Assembly (NCBI GenBank): GCA_964643135.1
Contig: CAZXPC010000002.1
Span: forward strand, 9,049-73,048
Reading direction: 5' to 3'
Length of the DNA stretch: 64,000 nt
Source of the DNA: an uncultured Candidatus Saccharibacteria bacterium
Lineage (GTDB): Bacteria; Patescibacteriota; Minisyncoccia; UBA6257; Colwellbacteraceae
In this document: positions 52,692 to 62,229 of the stretch, one piece after another
Layout of the letters: each line of letters starts with the position of its first letter
How positions within the stretch are numbered: position 1 is the stretch's first letter
Program-made: the position numbers and the translations under genes
Notes under the pieces: model-generated
The model's database searches: none
What the model was told of the DNA's origin: nothing
The model's input: only the letters and a program-made list of their open reading frames with translations

Positions 52692-55490
52692 ATGGAACGG
52701 GGTCCAAGACTAAAAACATCCGAAGAGCTAGCTGAACAGGCAAAATCGGTTTCAGATAGCTTGGGTCAGGAAATTTCTCAACCCTCAAAAAAGAACGAGG
52801 TTTTTAATTTATCTCTCGAAGAAATAAAAGCTAGGTTTCCAAGACGCTACGATATTTATCTGAAAAACCTCAAAGCCAAGAAGGCTGGCAAAGAAATTGA
52901 TCCGGACGAGAAAGAAAAGATGGTTAAATGGCTTATTGTTTTGAATAACCTTGATAAATACATTGAAGCTCATAAATCGGGTGGGGACGTTACTCTACGT
53001 GAGCACCAAATCGGTCCTTTCGAAGCGCTAAGAGATTTTCTTGAAGAAGGAGGGGATGCGGGGCACATCAAACTTCCAACTGGCTCGGGGAAAACAGTTG
53101 TTGGGGCCGAATTCATTGAGGCGACAGGTTTAAAGACTTTAGTGGTTGTCCCAACAAGGACGTTGGTTGGTCAGACCATGGGGCAACTCCAAAAGCATAT
53201 TAAAGGGAGGAAAGTGGGCGCTTATTTTTCAGAACAAAAAGGCTTGACAATGGACGTCGACGTAACGACCTATCAGTCCTTGAAAAACATCGATACCAAG
53301 AAATACGACTTGGTGATTTTTGATGAGGCCCATAAGGCAGAAGGGGAAGATACTGCGAAACTTGTGTCTGAGACTAAATGTATGGTTAAACTTGGCCTGA
53401 CTGCTACGCCCACCAAGAGGACGAGTGAGTTAATGGGTGAAGAAATATATTCGATGCAACTTAGGGATATGATAGAAATTGGAGCCCTTGCTCCATGTCA
53501 GGTTAATCTGGCTAAAGTTAAAAATATTGATACATCGAACGTAACAGTTAATAGGAACGGAGAATATAGCGAAAGCGAGTTGGAAGCCATTTTAAATGTG
53601 CGGCCGGCCAACGAAGCTGCGGTTAAACTATACAAAGAAGGATTCGCCGGCGAAAAGATGATCGCTTTTACTGCTGGGAAATTACATGCTAAAGATTTGT
53701 CAGAACTTTTTAATGCCAGAGGCATAAGAGCGGGATTTATAATTGGCGAGACATCTACTGCTGATAGAGAAGATCTTTTCGCGCGATTTAAGGGTAAAAG
53801 AGTGCTTCGGAATAAAGAAGGCGCAGTGATTGGAGAAGAAATGATTCCGACAGAAGATCAGATTGACGTTTTAATTGGAGCTAGGGTTTTAATCGAAGGT
53901 TTTGATGAGCCTAGGGCCTCAGTCTGCTTCAATATAGTCCCGACTGCCTCTAAAGTTGTTGCTGAGCAAAGGGGCGGCAGAGTTCTAAGAAGGGATGACG
54001 ACAACCCCGGCAAAGAAGCTACTGTGGTTGATTTTGTTTATGAGGGTAAGAATAATAGACAGATATTATTTAGTAGGGTTCTCGGCGGTGCCCGGGTTGG
54101 ATCAGTTGGGAAGTCAGTTTTTGGAGAATCTATTGGTGACAAAGATTATTCGAGAGATAGAGATCAATTCAGAACTAGAGGATTCATTGAAATCGAGGGG
54201 ATAGAATTTATTGTGAATGAGGAAGAGGTTATGAAGGTAGAAAGAAAGATGGATGATGAAGCCTATGATTTTGCCCCTGAAGACTGGAAAACAAACGGCG
54301 GATTGGCGGAAGATATAGGAACCAGTTTCTCAGTTGTTAAAAGGATTGCCGAGAGTGTTCGAGGTGAAAAGCCGGAATGGTTTAGAATTTATAAATTCAA
54401 GGGAGGAAGGGTCGAAGAATATTACAGCCCTGAATTAGTTAAGCTAATCATGGAAGAAGTCCAAGCCAGGGAGGAGGCTCCGGTGGGCTGGAAGACAAAT
54501 GGTTTCGTTGCTAACGTGCTAGATTATGCTCATTCAACGATAAGCAAAATAGCCGATAAATATCGAGTTTCAAATCCAGAATGGTTCAGAAAATACAAGA
54601 TTAAAGCCGGCAGAGTAGAGGAGCATTACGCGCCAGATTTAGTTACCGAAATCAGGCAGGAGCTTGCCTCACGCGAGTTTGCCCCAGAAGGCTGGGTTAC
54701 CAACAAATCGTTATCAAATGAACTTGATGTTGACAAAGGGACTGTCAGGAACAGCGCGAATAGATATCGCGCTGATCATCCCGATATGTTTAGGGTATTT
54801 AAAAATAAACTTGGGCAAATTACAGAGCACTATTCGCCCGAATTAGCCTTGATGGTTAAAAGAGACATCTCAACTCGCGAGAACCGTCCCGAAGGTTGGA
54901 TGACTAACGGAGAGCTCTTTAATGAGCTCGATGTCGATGAGACTACGGTAAAAAATCGAGCCGATCGATATCGAGCCTCACATCCGGATTGGTTTAGGGT
55001 TTATAAGAATAAGACAAATAAGCCCACCGAACACTATTCTCCTGAATTGGCAGCAATCATCAAAAGAGATATTGTGTCATATGAATATGCTCCCGAAGGA
55101 TGGCACATAACCAATGAATTAGCCGAAGGACTTGGCGTTTCAGCGCGGTCGATTCAGAATGAAGCCGAACGACACAGATTCGCTCACCCTGATTGGTTTA
55201 AAAAGTACAAAGTAAGAATGGGACGTGTTTTAGAGCACTATTCTCCAGAGCTTATCTCAATTATTAAGGCTAAGTTTATGGGTCAAGAATTTGCTCCGGC
55301 AGGATGGAGGCCCAATGCACCGCTCGCGTTAGAGCTGGGATCTACCCCATATACTGTAAAGAAGATAGCTGAGAGGTATAGGGCCGCAAACCCAGCATGG
55401 TTTAGACAATATAAGCCTAAAACAGGACCGATAACAGAGTACTACCATCCAGATTTGGTTGAGAAAATTAAAGAAGCTTTAGGAAAATAG
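52692..55490 (+). CDS. SF2 (DEAD/DEAH, ResIII-like) helicase with six C-terminal ~68-aa tandem repeats
   Basis: LPTGSGKT (motif I), DLVIFDEAHK (motif II), helicase C domain. From residue ~520, six repeats of AP.GW.TN..L...L.......K..A.RYR...P.WFR.YK.K.G...EHYSPEL...I. Confidence 0.8.
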   Translation: MERGPRLKTSEELAEQAKSVSDSLGQEISQPSKKNEVFNLSLEEIKARFPRRYDIYLKNLKAKKAGKEIDPDEKEKMVKWLIVLNNLDKYIEAHKSGGDVTLREHQIGPFEALRDFLEEGGDAGHIKLPTGSGKTVVGAEFIEATGLKTLVVVPTRTLVGQTMGQLQKHIKGRKVGAYFSEQKGLTMDVDVTTYQSLKNIDTKKYDLVIFDEAHKAEGEDTAKLVSETKCMVKLGLTATPTKRTSELMGEEIYSMQLRDMIEIGALAPCQVNLAKVKNIDTSNVTVNRNGEYSESELEAILNVRPANEAAVKLYKEGFAGEKMIAFTAGKLHAKDLSELFNARGIRAGFIIGETSTADREDLFARFKGKRVLRNKEGAVIGEEMIPTEDQIDVLIGARVLIEGFDEPRASVCFNIVPTASKVVAEQRGGRVLRRDDDNPGKEATVVDFVYEGKNNRQILFSRVLGGARVGSVGKSVFGESIGDKDYSRDRDQFRTRGFIEIEGIEFIVNEEEVMKVERKMDDEAYDFAPEDWKTNGGLAEDIGTSFSVVKRIAESVRGEKPEWFRIYKFKGGRVEEYYSPELVKLIMEEVQAREEAPVGWKTNGFVANVLDYAHSTISKIADKYRVSNPEWFRKYKIKAGRVEEHYAPDLVTEIRQELASREFAPEGWVTNKSLSNELDVDKGTVRNSANRYRADHPDMFRVFKNKLGQITEHYSPELALMVKRDISTRENRPEGWMTNGELFNELDVDETTVKNRADRYRASHPDWFRVYKNKTNKPTEHYSPELAAIIKRDIVSYEYAPEGWHITNELAEGLGVSARSIQNEAERHRFAHPDWFKKYKVRMGRVLEHYSPELISIIKAKFMGQEFAPAGWRPNAPLALELGSTPYTVKKIAERYRAANPAWFRQYKPKTGPITEYYHPDLVEKIKEALGK

Positions 55491-55613
55491 CTCCGCAGGT
55501 AGGGCACTTCGCTATCTCACTGCTCGGCTAAAGCCTGCGCTTTGAAACCCAGCGGTTTCAATACTTCCGCCACGGGAAAACTCCCGTTTTCCCGACCCCT
55601 TTCCCGTTCGATC
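55490..55613 (-). repeat. tRNA-linked conserved motif plus 15-bp copy of tRNA-Asn 3' end (att-like, minus orientation)
   Basis: rc reads GGGATCGAACGGGAAAGGGGTCGGGAAAACGGGAGTTTTCCCGTGGCGGA ... AAACCGCTGGGTTT ... GATAGCGAAGTG + CCCTACCTGCGGAGC. The core copy overlaps the helicase stop codon. Confidence 0.6.
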
Positions 55614-55670
55614 CCACTGGCGGTAAATACTAAAAAATATCTGACAGATTCAGATATTTTCTAGTATATG

Positions 55671-55971
55671 CTCCGCAGGTAGGGATCGAACCTACGACCA
55701 TCGCCTTACACTTGTCCTATCGTTGCCGTTAGGGGTGGACTATATCATATCCCGTTTCTTACCGGGACCGAGGCGCTTCCGCGCAACTGTTTTGCGAGTA
55801 CTCCCACTAGGGGATAGTCTCTACACCTTCCGAACGAATTGTCCGGCTTGGCTCGGGATTGCCCATTTAAATTAAAAAGGGTTTCCCCGAATTCACCTCG
55901 TTTTTCAAACTAGATTGCTCTAGTAAGCTGCCTTCTGACAGGGCGCCGCTCTACCGCTGAGCTACTGCGGA
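55671..55971 (-). tRNA. tRNA-Asn (anticodon GTT) interrupted by a group I intron
   Basis: Exons 55938-55971 and 55671-55708 splice to TCCGCAGTAGCTCAGCGGTAGAGCGGCGCCCTGT|TAAGGCGATGGTCGTAGGTTCGATCCCTACCTGCGGAG, closely matching a bacterial tRNA-Asn (anticodon loop CTGTTAA). A hairpin (55634-55660) follows the gene. Confidence 0.8.
55709..55937 (-). ncRNA. group I intron (IC3-like) in the tRNA-Asn anticodon loop, no ORF
   Basis: ~229 nt between anticodon positions 35/36. Contains GAAGGTGTAGAGACTA and CGAGCCAAGC core elements as in the Azoarcus tRNA-Ile intron (recalled from memory). U at -1 can pair with intron GCAG (P1); intron ends in G. Confidence 0.7.
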
Positions 55972-56040
55972 ATATTATACACCTAGAATCGGTATTTCTA
56001 GGGTGGTATTAGAGTAGCAAAAGAGTACGGCTACTTCAAG

Positions 56041-56775
56041 TTATGATTTTGGAATCGTTACACTGCTAATTGAATCTGCGGGCAAATCATATTTATGATA
56101 AACCCTTAGGAAAAGCATGGAGAAAACAAGGCAGCTTATTATGAAAATAGGCACGTAATTCTTGGAAATGAATTGGTGCAGGAACGGGTAAAGACCCGTG
56201 AATATTGAATAAATTAAATAATATCGGGCGACCCTAACGATAATTGCCAGCAACACGAAGATTAGCAGGTTGATTCCAAAATTGTGGACTGACAAAACAA
56301 AAACTTTGTAGGGGACTCCGGAAAATGGCTGGAAGAATAAAGCGAATACGCCAAATTGTTGATACCACGAGCCAACTTGCTCGACCATGCCCGCGCTCAC
56401 GTAGGGTATCTTGGTGAGCGGGAAACTGAAATAATAAGATGAAACTAAGCCTAAAACAGTGCCCACGGCTGTCCCCAAGATATCGTAAACCAATAATCGG
56501 ACTTTACTCTTAATTTTCAAAAATATTATGAGCAATAACAGAAACTCCGGGATGACGAACCAGCAGACGGCTTCGGCTGCCGCCCAAAAGAAGACCAAAT
56601 AGTTAGCTTGCGGGCTCGATAAGAAATCTTCGGCGTGCTGATTCAAATGTATGTGGCGAAGTTTGGAATGCGGGTGCTGGATTTTATAGGCCAGATAAAA
56701 AGGCGCGATAAATAGGAGAATCGCCGATTGGATAAAAAGATAATTAAAGAGGAGGTCAGTTAAGCTAAAAGCCAT
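56041..56775 (-). CDS. hypothetical polytopic membrane protein
   Basis: 244 aa, 6-7 TM helices; overlaps the upstream UbiA gene by 16 nt (operon). Confidence 0.5.
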   Translation of the reverse strand: MAFSLTDLLFNYLFIQSAILLFIAPFYLAYKIQHPHSKLRHIHLNQHAEDFLSSPQANYLVFFWAAAEAVCWFVIPEFLLLLIIFLKIKSKVRLLVYDILGTAVGTVLGLVSSYYFSFPLTKIPYVSAGMVEQVGSWYQQFGVFALFFQPFSGVPYKVFVLSVHNFGINLLIFVLLAIIVRVARYYLIYSIFTGLYPFLHQFISKNYVPIFIISCLVFSMLFLRVYHKYDLPADSISSVTIPKS

Positions 56776-57614
56776 AGTAAGTATAATAAATCAAAATAAT
56801 TCTGGCCGAAGAATATTTTATTGAATGATATTCTTGTGTCGTCCGGATTCCTGGTTCTAAGCAATTTATATCTCAGATAAATCTCATATAGAGCAATCAA
56901 GGCGGCGGCGACCAGGAGCCAATTGGGTTTATGAAAATAAGATAAGCCGATTATTGCCGAGTAGGAAATGATCGCGAGCGCGATACTCGCCATTATCGCT
57001 GCGGCTTTGCCGAATTTCAGAGAGAAAGTTATTTTACCGAAGAGTTTATCTCCCGCTTCGTCTTTAAGATCTTTCAGCATCGAAATAGAGAATCTGAGCA
57101 GGAACCAGGCGGCGGCCATAAGAATAAAAAATGGACTAATGCCAGTGCCGGTTAAAGAATAGCCGTAGGTTAATGGCAAAGTCGAGTACATCACGGCCAA
57201 AATAATAATCGAGATAATCGGCTTTCTAGAAAAGACGAGCGGCTTCATATTGTAGGCCCAGCTGAGGAAGATCATAGCTAGAACAAAAAACAGATGAGCC
57301 GGGAAATTGGTCAAACCTAGAATTAGGGCCGGCACGAGGAGCCCATTCTTAAACCGGTTGGCATCCTCGAGAGTTATTTTCCCGCTCGAGAGTCCTTTGT
57401 TCGGAGCGTTAACTTTATCGATTTCCAGATCTTCAATGTCGTTTTGAACAGTCGCGAAAGAGTGGACTAAAAGAACGCAGATAACACCGATAAAATAATT
57501 CCAGCCGGTTGTCCCCGGGCCCAGAAAAAAATAGCCGATATTAAAAGCTAAGAATGGAGTGAGGGAGTTATAAGGTCTGGTTAGATCTACTAGGAGTTTG
57601 GTCTGGCTAGTCAC
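56760..57614 (-). CDS. UbiA-family prenyltransferase
   Basis: NDIEDLEIDKVN (Asp-rich motif 1), second D-rich region, 8-9 TM helices. Confidence 0.75.
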   Translation of the reverse strand: MTSQTKLLVDLTRPYNSLTPFLAFNIGYFFLGPGTTGWNYFIGVICVLLVHSFATVQNDIEDLEIDKVNAPNKGLSSGKITLEDANRFKNGLLVPALILGLTNFPAHLFFVLAMIFLSWAYNMKPLVFSRKPIISIIILAVMYSTLPLTYGYSLTGTGISPFFILMAAAWFLLRFSISMLKDLKDEAGDKLFGKITFSLKFGKAAAIMASIALAIISYSAIIGLSYFHKPNWLLVAAALIALYEIYLRYKLLRTRNPDDTRISFNKIFFGQNYFDLLYLLWLLA

Positions 57615-57966
57615 CGTGAATATGTTTTAAGCCCTGGAGGAGAGCGGCAAATGCTCCCACTATGAAAATGACTATGCCGCCGCCTACTGCGCCCAGCATG
57701 GAGAACACTCTGACTGATCTATCCTTTGTCGCCGTTAATTTACCAATTCGAGCTACGAAACCTATAGCAGCCACAATTCCGATAATAAGAACCGGTAAGG
57801 CCAGAGCGTTGTCTATCGATTCGCTGAATCGGGTCGAGAACACGACCAAAATAGTTAATACGTAAGCTAGGGCTAATATATTATGGATCGTGTATTTAGG
57901 CTTTTCCTCGACGGCGCTGGTCGGTGCTGGATTCACCGGCGGCGTGTTTTGATTTGGCTCAATCAT
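57607..57966 (-). CDS. hypothetical membrane protein
   Basis: 119 aa, three TM helices, in operon with UbiA gene. Confidence 0.45.
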   Translation of the reverse strand: MIEPNQNTPPVNPAPTSAVEEKPKYTIHNILALAYVLTILVVFSTRFSESIDNALALPVLIIGIVAAIGFVARIGKLTATKDRSVRVFSMLGAVGGGIVIFIVGAFAALLQGLKHIHGD

Positions 57967-57968
57967 GA

Positions 57969-58622
57969 TTAATTTAGATATTTTCTAAGTACGAAGTTCG
58001 ACATTAATAGCATTGCGAAACACAAGGTTAAAGCGGTGAAGGACAGCAAGATCAATGGGATTGTGTCCGATGAGATAAATAAAACCGCCGAGAAGGTTGA
58101 AGCAACGTAAATAAAAGAGTAAAGAAACGACATTTCAGGCATGGGTATCTTTGATGAGACTAATTTTGCAACGCTAAGATTGGCAGGCAGCCAGATAAGG
58201 GCGAATATAGCTCCTAACATAATTGCCACCGGAGCTTGGGTATTAAAAACAAGAATCCCGTTAACAATCGATGGCATGGGAGGATAATAAGTCATCCTTA
58301 ACCAAACCAGTACGGCGGACAGCAAGAAACCGATAGCTAATATCGTTGCCTTATTCTTGCTTTTTAATAATACCGCGGCCAAAAGGGTTGTTGCCGCTAA
58401 AAGCAATGCATTGCCGAACAGCACAGACCATTGAAGCAGGTTTTGATCTCCAACGAGTGAAATAACTCCCCAAATTAGAAATGCCAGCGCCAGCAAAGCA
58501 TAAGTTGAGGCATAACCATTAAGGTAGCCAGGTAATTTATTTTTCGTAAAACTGTAGAAGGTAAAAGCGTAGACCCCGAATATGATTCCTGCTATAGTAA
58601 AACCTATAAAAGCTAAAGGCAT
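57969..58622 (-). CDS. hypothetical membrane protein
   Basis: 217 aa, 6 TM helices. Confidence 0.45.
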   Translation of the reverse strand: MPLAFIGFTIAGIIFGVYAFTFYSFTKNKLPGYLNGYASTYALLALAFLIWGVISLVGDQNLLQWSVLFGNALLLAATTLLAAVLLKSKNKATILAIGFLLSAVLVWLRMTYYPPMPSIVNGILVFNTQAPVAIMLGAIFALIWLPANLSVAKLVSSKIPMPEMSFLYSFIYVASTFSAVLFISSDTIPLILLSFTALTLCFAMLLMSNFVLRKYLN

Positions 58623-58648
58623 ATCAGGGTTTATTCTAACATATTAAT

Positions 58649-59218
58649 TTGATTTTCTACATCTATATAATCCTGGCCTATCTTCTAGGCTCGATTCCGT
58701 TCGGTAAGATCGTCGGGTTGTTTTACGGCATCGATATCCAAAAACAGGGCAGCGGCAACATTGGTTTTTCGAATTGTTATCGGATACTCGGCTGGAAACC
58801 GGCCCTTTTGGTGCTCGCGGGAGACATGCTCAAAGGATTTGTACCGGTTTGTCTAGCTTTGCGGGCGGTTTCTCTCAATGAATCGATGATTATCGCCCTG
58901 GCGGCCATTTTCGGCCACATCTTTCCGGTTTGGTTAAAGTTCCACGGCGGCAAAGGCGTGGCGACGGTTGTCGGGGCAACGTTAGCTTTCAATATATATG
59001 CCGGCTTGGCTTCCATGATGCTCTGGTACATCATTTTGCTTTTCTCTAAAAAGGGCTCGGTAGCCTCCTTAGTCATGATGTCTTTTCTGCCAATTATATT
59101 TTACTTTATTCAGAATGAACTCTCCCTTTTCTACCTTGGTCTCCTGATTCTCATAATCTTCACCCATCGGGAAAATATCAGGCTCTTATTAAGCGGGGAA
59201 GAAACTAAAACGCTATGA
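58649..59218 (+). CDS. plsY: glycerol-3-phosphate acyltransferase PlsY
   Basis: GSGNIGFSN, FKGGKGVAT motifs. Confidence 0.85.
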   Translation: MIFYIYIILAYLLGSIPFGKIVGLFYGIDIQKQGSGNIGFSNCYRILGWKPALLVLAGDMLKGFVPVCLALRAVSLNESMIIALAAIFGHIFPVWLKFHGGKGVATVVGATLAFNIYAGLASMMLWYIILLFSKKGSVASLVMMSFLPIIFYFIQNELSLFYLGLLILIIFTHRENIRLLLSGEETKTL

Positions 59219-59937
59219 GCATTTATTTAGAATTAACGCTCCTTTTCTCAGCGCTCATCATAATTGGCGCAGGATTAACGTTGGCTCTTTTCGGATTCGA
59301 TGTGAGTGAGTTGAAAAGGCGGGAGCTGGATAAAAAAATATTGATGTGGGCGCCGATCGCTCTAGTATTCATTCTGATTTTATACTTGGGGAGCTATGCC
59401 GAGCTGGCCGCTCTGATCGCCGTTTTGATTTTTATAACTTATGAATATTTTGTCGAAACAAAGTCAGTTCGATCGGCCTTTCTAGACAGTTACTTCGCGT
59501 TTTTAATTATTGGTTTTTTGCACCTGGCCCTAATTAAGATGTTTCATCAGAGCGATGCGATGCTTTTAACAATAATGATCGGAACAGTCCTTTCGGATGT
59601 TTGCGGTTTCTTTTTCGGCAATTTCTTCGGTTATTTTAAATTGCCGGAATATATTAATAACAAGAAAAGCTGGGACGGAGTCTTGGGCCAGCTGGCCGGC
59701 GCATTTCTGGCTGTGCTTATTCTTAGAGTTTTAGTTGTGTCTCCGCCAAACTTGTGGCTGGCCGTTCCGATCGGCCTGGGCAGCGCGCTCGGTGACCTCA
59801 TGAACAGCCGGGCGAAGAGAATTAGAGGGATCAGGAACTGGAGCAATCTTATTCCCGGCCACGGCGGCTTTATAGATAGGTTTACCAGCCTAGCCGGCAG
59901 CAGTTTGCTAACATTCTACTTTTTAAACCTTTTTTAG
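59215..59937 (+). CDS. cdsA: phosphatidate cytidylyltransferase
   Basis: C-terminal signature SRAKRIRGIRNWSNLIPGHGGFIDRFTS. Confidence 0.8.
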   Translation: MSIYLELTLLFSALIIIGAGLTLALFGFDVSELKRRELDKKILMWAPIALVFILILYLGSYAELAALIAVLIFITYEYFVETKSVRSAFLDSYFAFLIIGFLHLALIKMFHQSDAMLLTIMIGTVLSDVCGFFFGNFFGYFKLPEYINNKKSWDGVLGQLAGAFLAVLILRVLVVSPPNLWLAVPIGLGSALGDLMNSRAKRIRGIRNWSNLIPGHGGFIDRFTSLAGSSLLTFYFLNLF

Positions 59938-60003
59938 CTTGTCAAGCTTCCCAAAACAGCCCTGTTTTGACAAATCTTCACATTCTGGACGGGGTATGGT
60001 AAG

Positions 60004-60561
60004 GTGGTCCCTATGAAGAAAAATTGGAAGAAGGTTGTGATGGTCATTTTGCTTACTTTAGCTCTAGTAATGATGCTGATTCCGACCCTTTTTGCGGCCG
60101 AGAATTCCGCGCCTGTTGAGATCGGCTCGACCGGCATTTTGCCCACTAATCCGTTCTATTTTGTCGTTGGCTGGAGCCGGGGCTTGCGGCTGGCTTTGAC
60201 TTTCAACGCCCTTTCTAAGACGCGATACGAAATGAATATTGCCGACGAGAAGTTGACTGAATTTCAGGCCATTGAAAAGATCGATCCGGCCAATAATACC
60301 GCTATCTTAACAGCTTTGGGGAATTACACCGACGGTTTGCTTTCGCTCCAGAATCGAGTTGGTTCGCTAAAAGATGTCCCGAACAGTCCCGAGGTTGACC
60401 TGATTTTCAGAAATCTAAATGCCGAACTGATGAGGCATGAAAGTATCTTGATCAACCTTGAAGCCAGCCATACCGACATAAGTTCTAATTTTAACGAGAC
60501 GATCGCCCTCATCGGAAAAATTATGGCTGAGATTCCGGCCAAGCTCCTCAAGAACTTCTAG
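60004..60561 (+). CDS. secreted hypothetical protein (DUF5667-like)
   Basis: Signal peptide, PTNPFYFV motif near the N-terminus. Confidence 0.5.
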   Translation: MVPMKKNWKKVVMVILLTLALVMMLIPTLFAAENSAPVEIGSTGILPTNPFYFVVGWSRGLRLALTFNALSKTRYEMNIADEKLTEFQAIEKIDPANNTAILTALGNYTDGLLSLQNRVGSLKDVPNSPEVDLIFRNLNAELMRHESILINLEASHTDISSNFNETIALIGKIMAEIPAKLLKNF

Positions 60562-60601
60562 TCTTTAGATTCTCCAAATCTAATAGTGTATAATTCTTAC
60601 T

Positions 60602-61072
60602 ATGAACAAGAATTATATTATTATATTTTCAATTGTGGGGGCTTTAGTGTTGGGAGCTTTAGTTCTCTTCGCCGTGCAACTAAAAAATCTTCCCGCCTCT
60701 AATCCTTATGCCACGCCTCAACCAGGCACGAACACTGCGCCAACGCCTCAGCCAGCCTATGTTCCTAAAGATGGGGCAGTTCAGCCGATTTTGCCTCTGA
60801 ACCAGCAAGCCGACTTTGTGATCGATATTACAACTACCGGATTTAACCCCGATCATTTAACAGTCAAAAAAGGCGACTCAGTTATCTGGACCGATCGCGA
60901 CCGATACAGTTATCATCAGTTAGTCTCGACTGGGAGCGCAAAATCTCCTGGGTTGGACTCTCCGGTTTTGAAACTCGGCGAGAGCTGGCGCGTGACCTTT
61001 AACACGGTTGGCACTTTCACTTACGCTGATAAACTTAACCCGAAATTTACCGGCTCGATTGTGGTGCAGTAA
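60602..61072 (+). CDS. secreted hypothetical protein, possible cupredoxin-like domain
   Basis: N-terminal TM, GFNPDHLTVKKGDSVIWTDRD beta-sandwich-like segment. Confidence 0.4.
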   Translation: MNKNYIIIFSIVGALVLGALVLFAVQLKNLPASNPYATPQPGTNTAPTPQPAYVPKDGAVQPILPLNQQADFVIDITTTGFNPDHLTVKKGDSVIWTDRDRYSYHQLVSTGSAKSPGLDSPVLKLGESWRVTFNTVGTFTYADKLNPKFTGSIVVQ

Positions 61073-61076
61073 CACT

Positions 61077-62222
61077 CTAGCGAATCGCCTTTGCCACAGC
61101 TGCCACTACGCCTTTGTCGAAAATTGAAGGGATGATTTTCTTTGGAGTCGGTTTTTTAATCAAACTGGCTAGGTTTTTGGCGGCCTGGATCAGCATGGCT
61201 GTTTTTATTTCGCGGACTTTATTGTCGAGTGCTCCGCGGAAGACGCCGGGGAAAGCGAGCGCGTTATTGATCTGATTGGGGAAGTCCGACCGACCGCTCG
61301 CCACAATAAACGCGCCGGCTTTTTGGGCTTCGTCCGGCATGATTTCGGGGATTGGATTGGCCAGGCCGAAAACGATAGCGTGCTTGGCCATCGATTTGAT
61401 CATTGAGGCGTTAACAATATTTGCCACCGAAAGACCGATAAAGATATCAGCCCCAGTTAGGGCATTTGTTAAATCGCCGCGGTCGTTCTGCGGGTTAGTG
61501 ATGTCAGTCAGCATCTCTTTGGCGATTGTATTATCGGGGCGGCCCTTGTAGATGATGCCGTGCTGGTCGAGGGCGATAATGTTTCGCGCGCCGAATTCAT
61601 AAAGTATTTTGATAACTGCGCTGCCGGCCGCGCCCGCTCCGGAAGTCACAATTTTGGCGGTCCGCAAATCTTTTTTGGCCAGTTTTGCAGCGTTAATTAG
61701 TCCGGCTAAAACAACTACGGCTGTGCCCCATTGGTCGTCGTGAAGGACCGGGATATTTAATTCTCTTTTGAGGCGATCTTCGACTTCAAAACAAACCGGT
61801 GCGGCGATATCTTCCAAATTGATGGCGGCGAAAGTGGGGGAGATGGCTTTGACGGCAGCTACGATCTCATCAGCGTTTTTAGCATCGAGTACGATTGGAT
61901 AAGCGTCGATGTCGGCAAACGTTTTAAAAATTAAAGACTTGCCTTCCATAACCGGCAGCGCTCCCTCGGGGCCGATGTTGCCAAGGCCCAAAACAGCCGT
62001 GCCGTCGCTCACGACCGCCACCGCATTATTTTTAATTGTATACTCGCCGGTCTTATCTTTGTTAGAGGCAATATATGAAGAGACTGCGCCCACGCCGGGG
62101 GTGTAGAGGAGGGCCAGATCCTCGCGTGTTTTTACCTTGAATTTAGGCCTAATCTCGATTTTTCCGCGCAACTTTTTATGCAACTTCAAAGAAGCTTCGC
62201 CAAATTTATTCTTATTCATCAA
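61077..62222 (-). CDS. NAD(P)-dependent malic enzyme (short form)
   Basis: [10 protein letters not shown], dinucleotide fold GAGAAGSA, typical ~380-aa bacterial malic enzyme. Confidence 0.85.
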   Translation of the reverse strand: MMNKNKFGEASLKLHKKLRGKIEIRPKFKVKTREDLALLYTPGVGAVSSYIASNKDKTGEYTIKNNAVAVVSDGTAVLGLGNIGPEGALPVMEGKSLIFKTFADIDAYPIVLDAKNADEIVAAVKAISPTFAAINLEDIAAPVCFEVEDRLKRELNIPVLHDDQWGTAVVVLAGLINAAKLAKKDLRTAKIVTSGAGAAGSAVIKILYEFGARNIIALDQHGIIYKGRPDNTIAKEMLTDITNPQNDRGDLTNALTGADIFIGLSVANIVNASMIKSMAKHAIVFGLANPIPEIMPDEAQKAGAFIVASGRSDFPNQINNALAFPGVFRGALDNKVREIKTAMLIQAAKNLASLIKKPTPKKIIPSIFDKGVVAAVAKAIR

Positions 62223-62229
62223 AATGATT

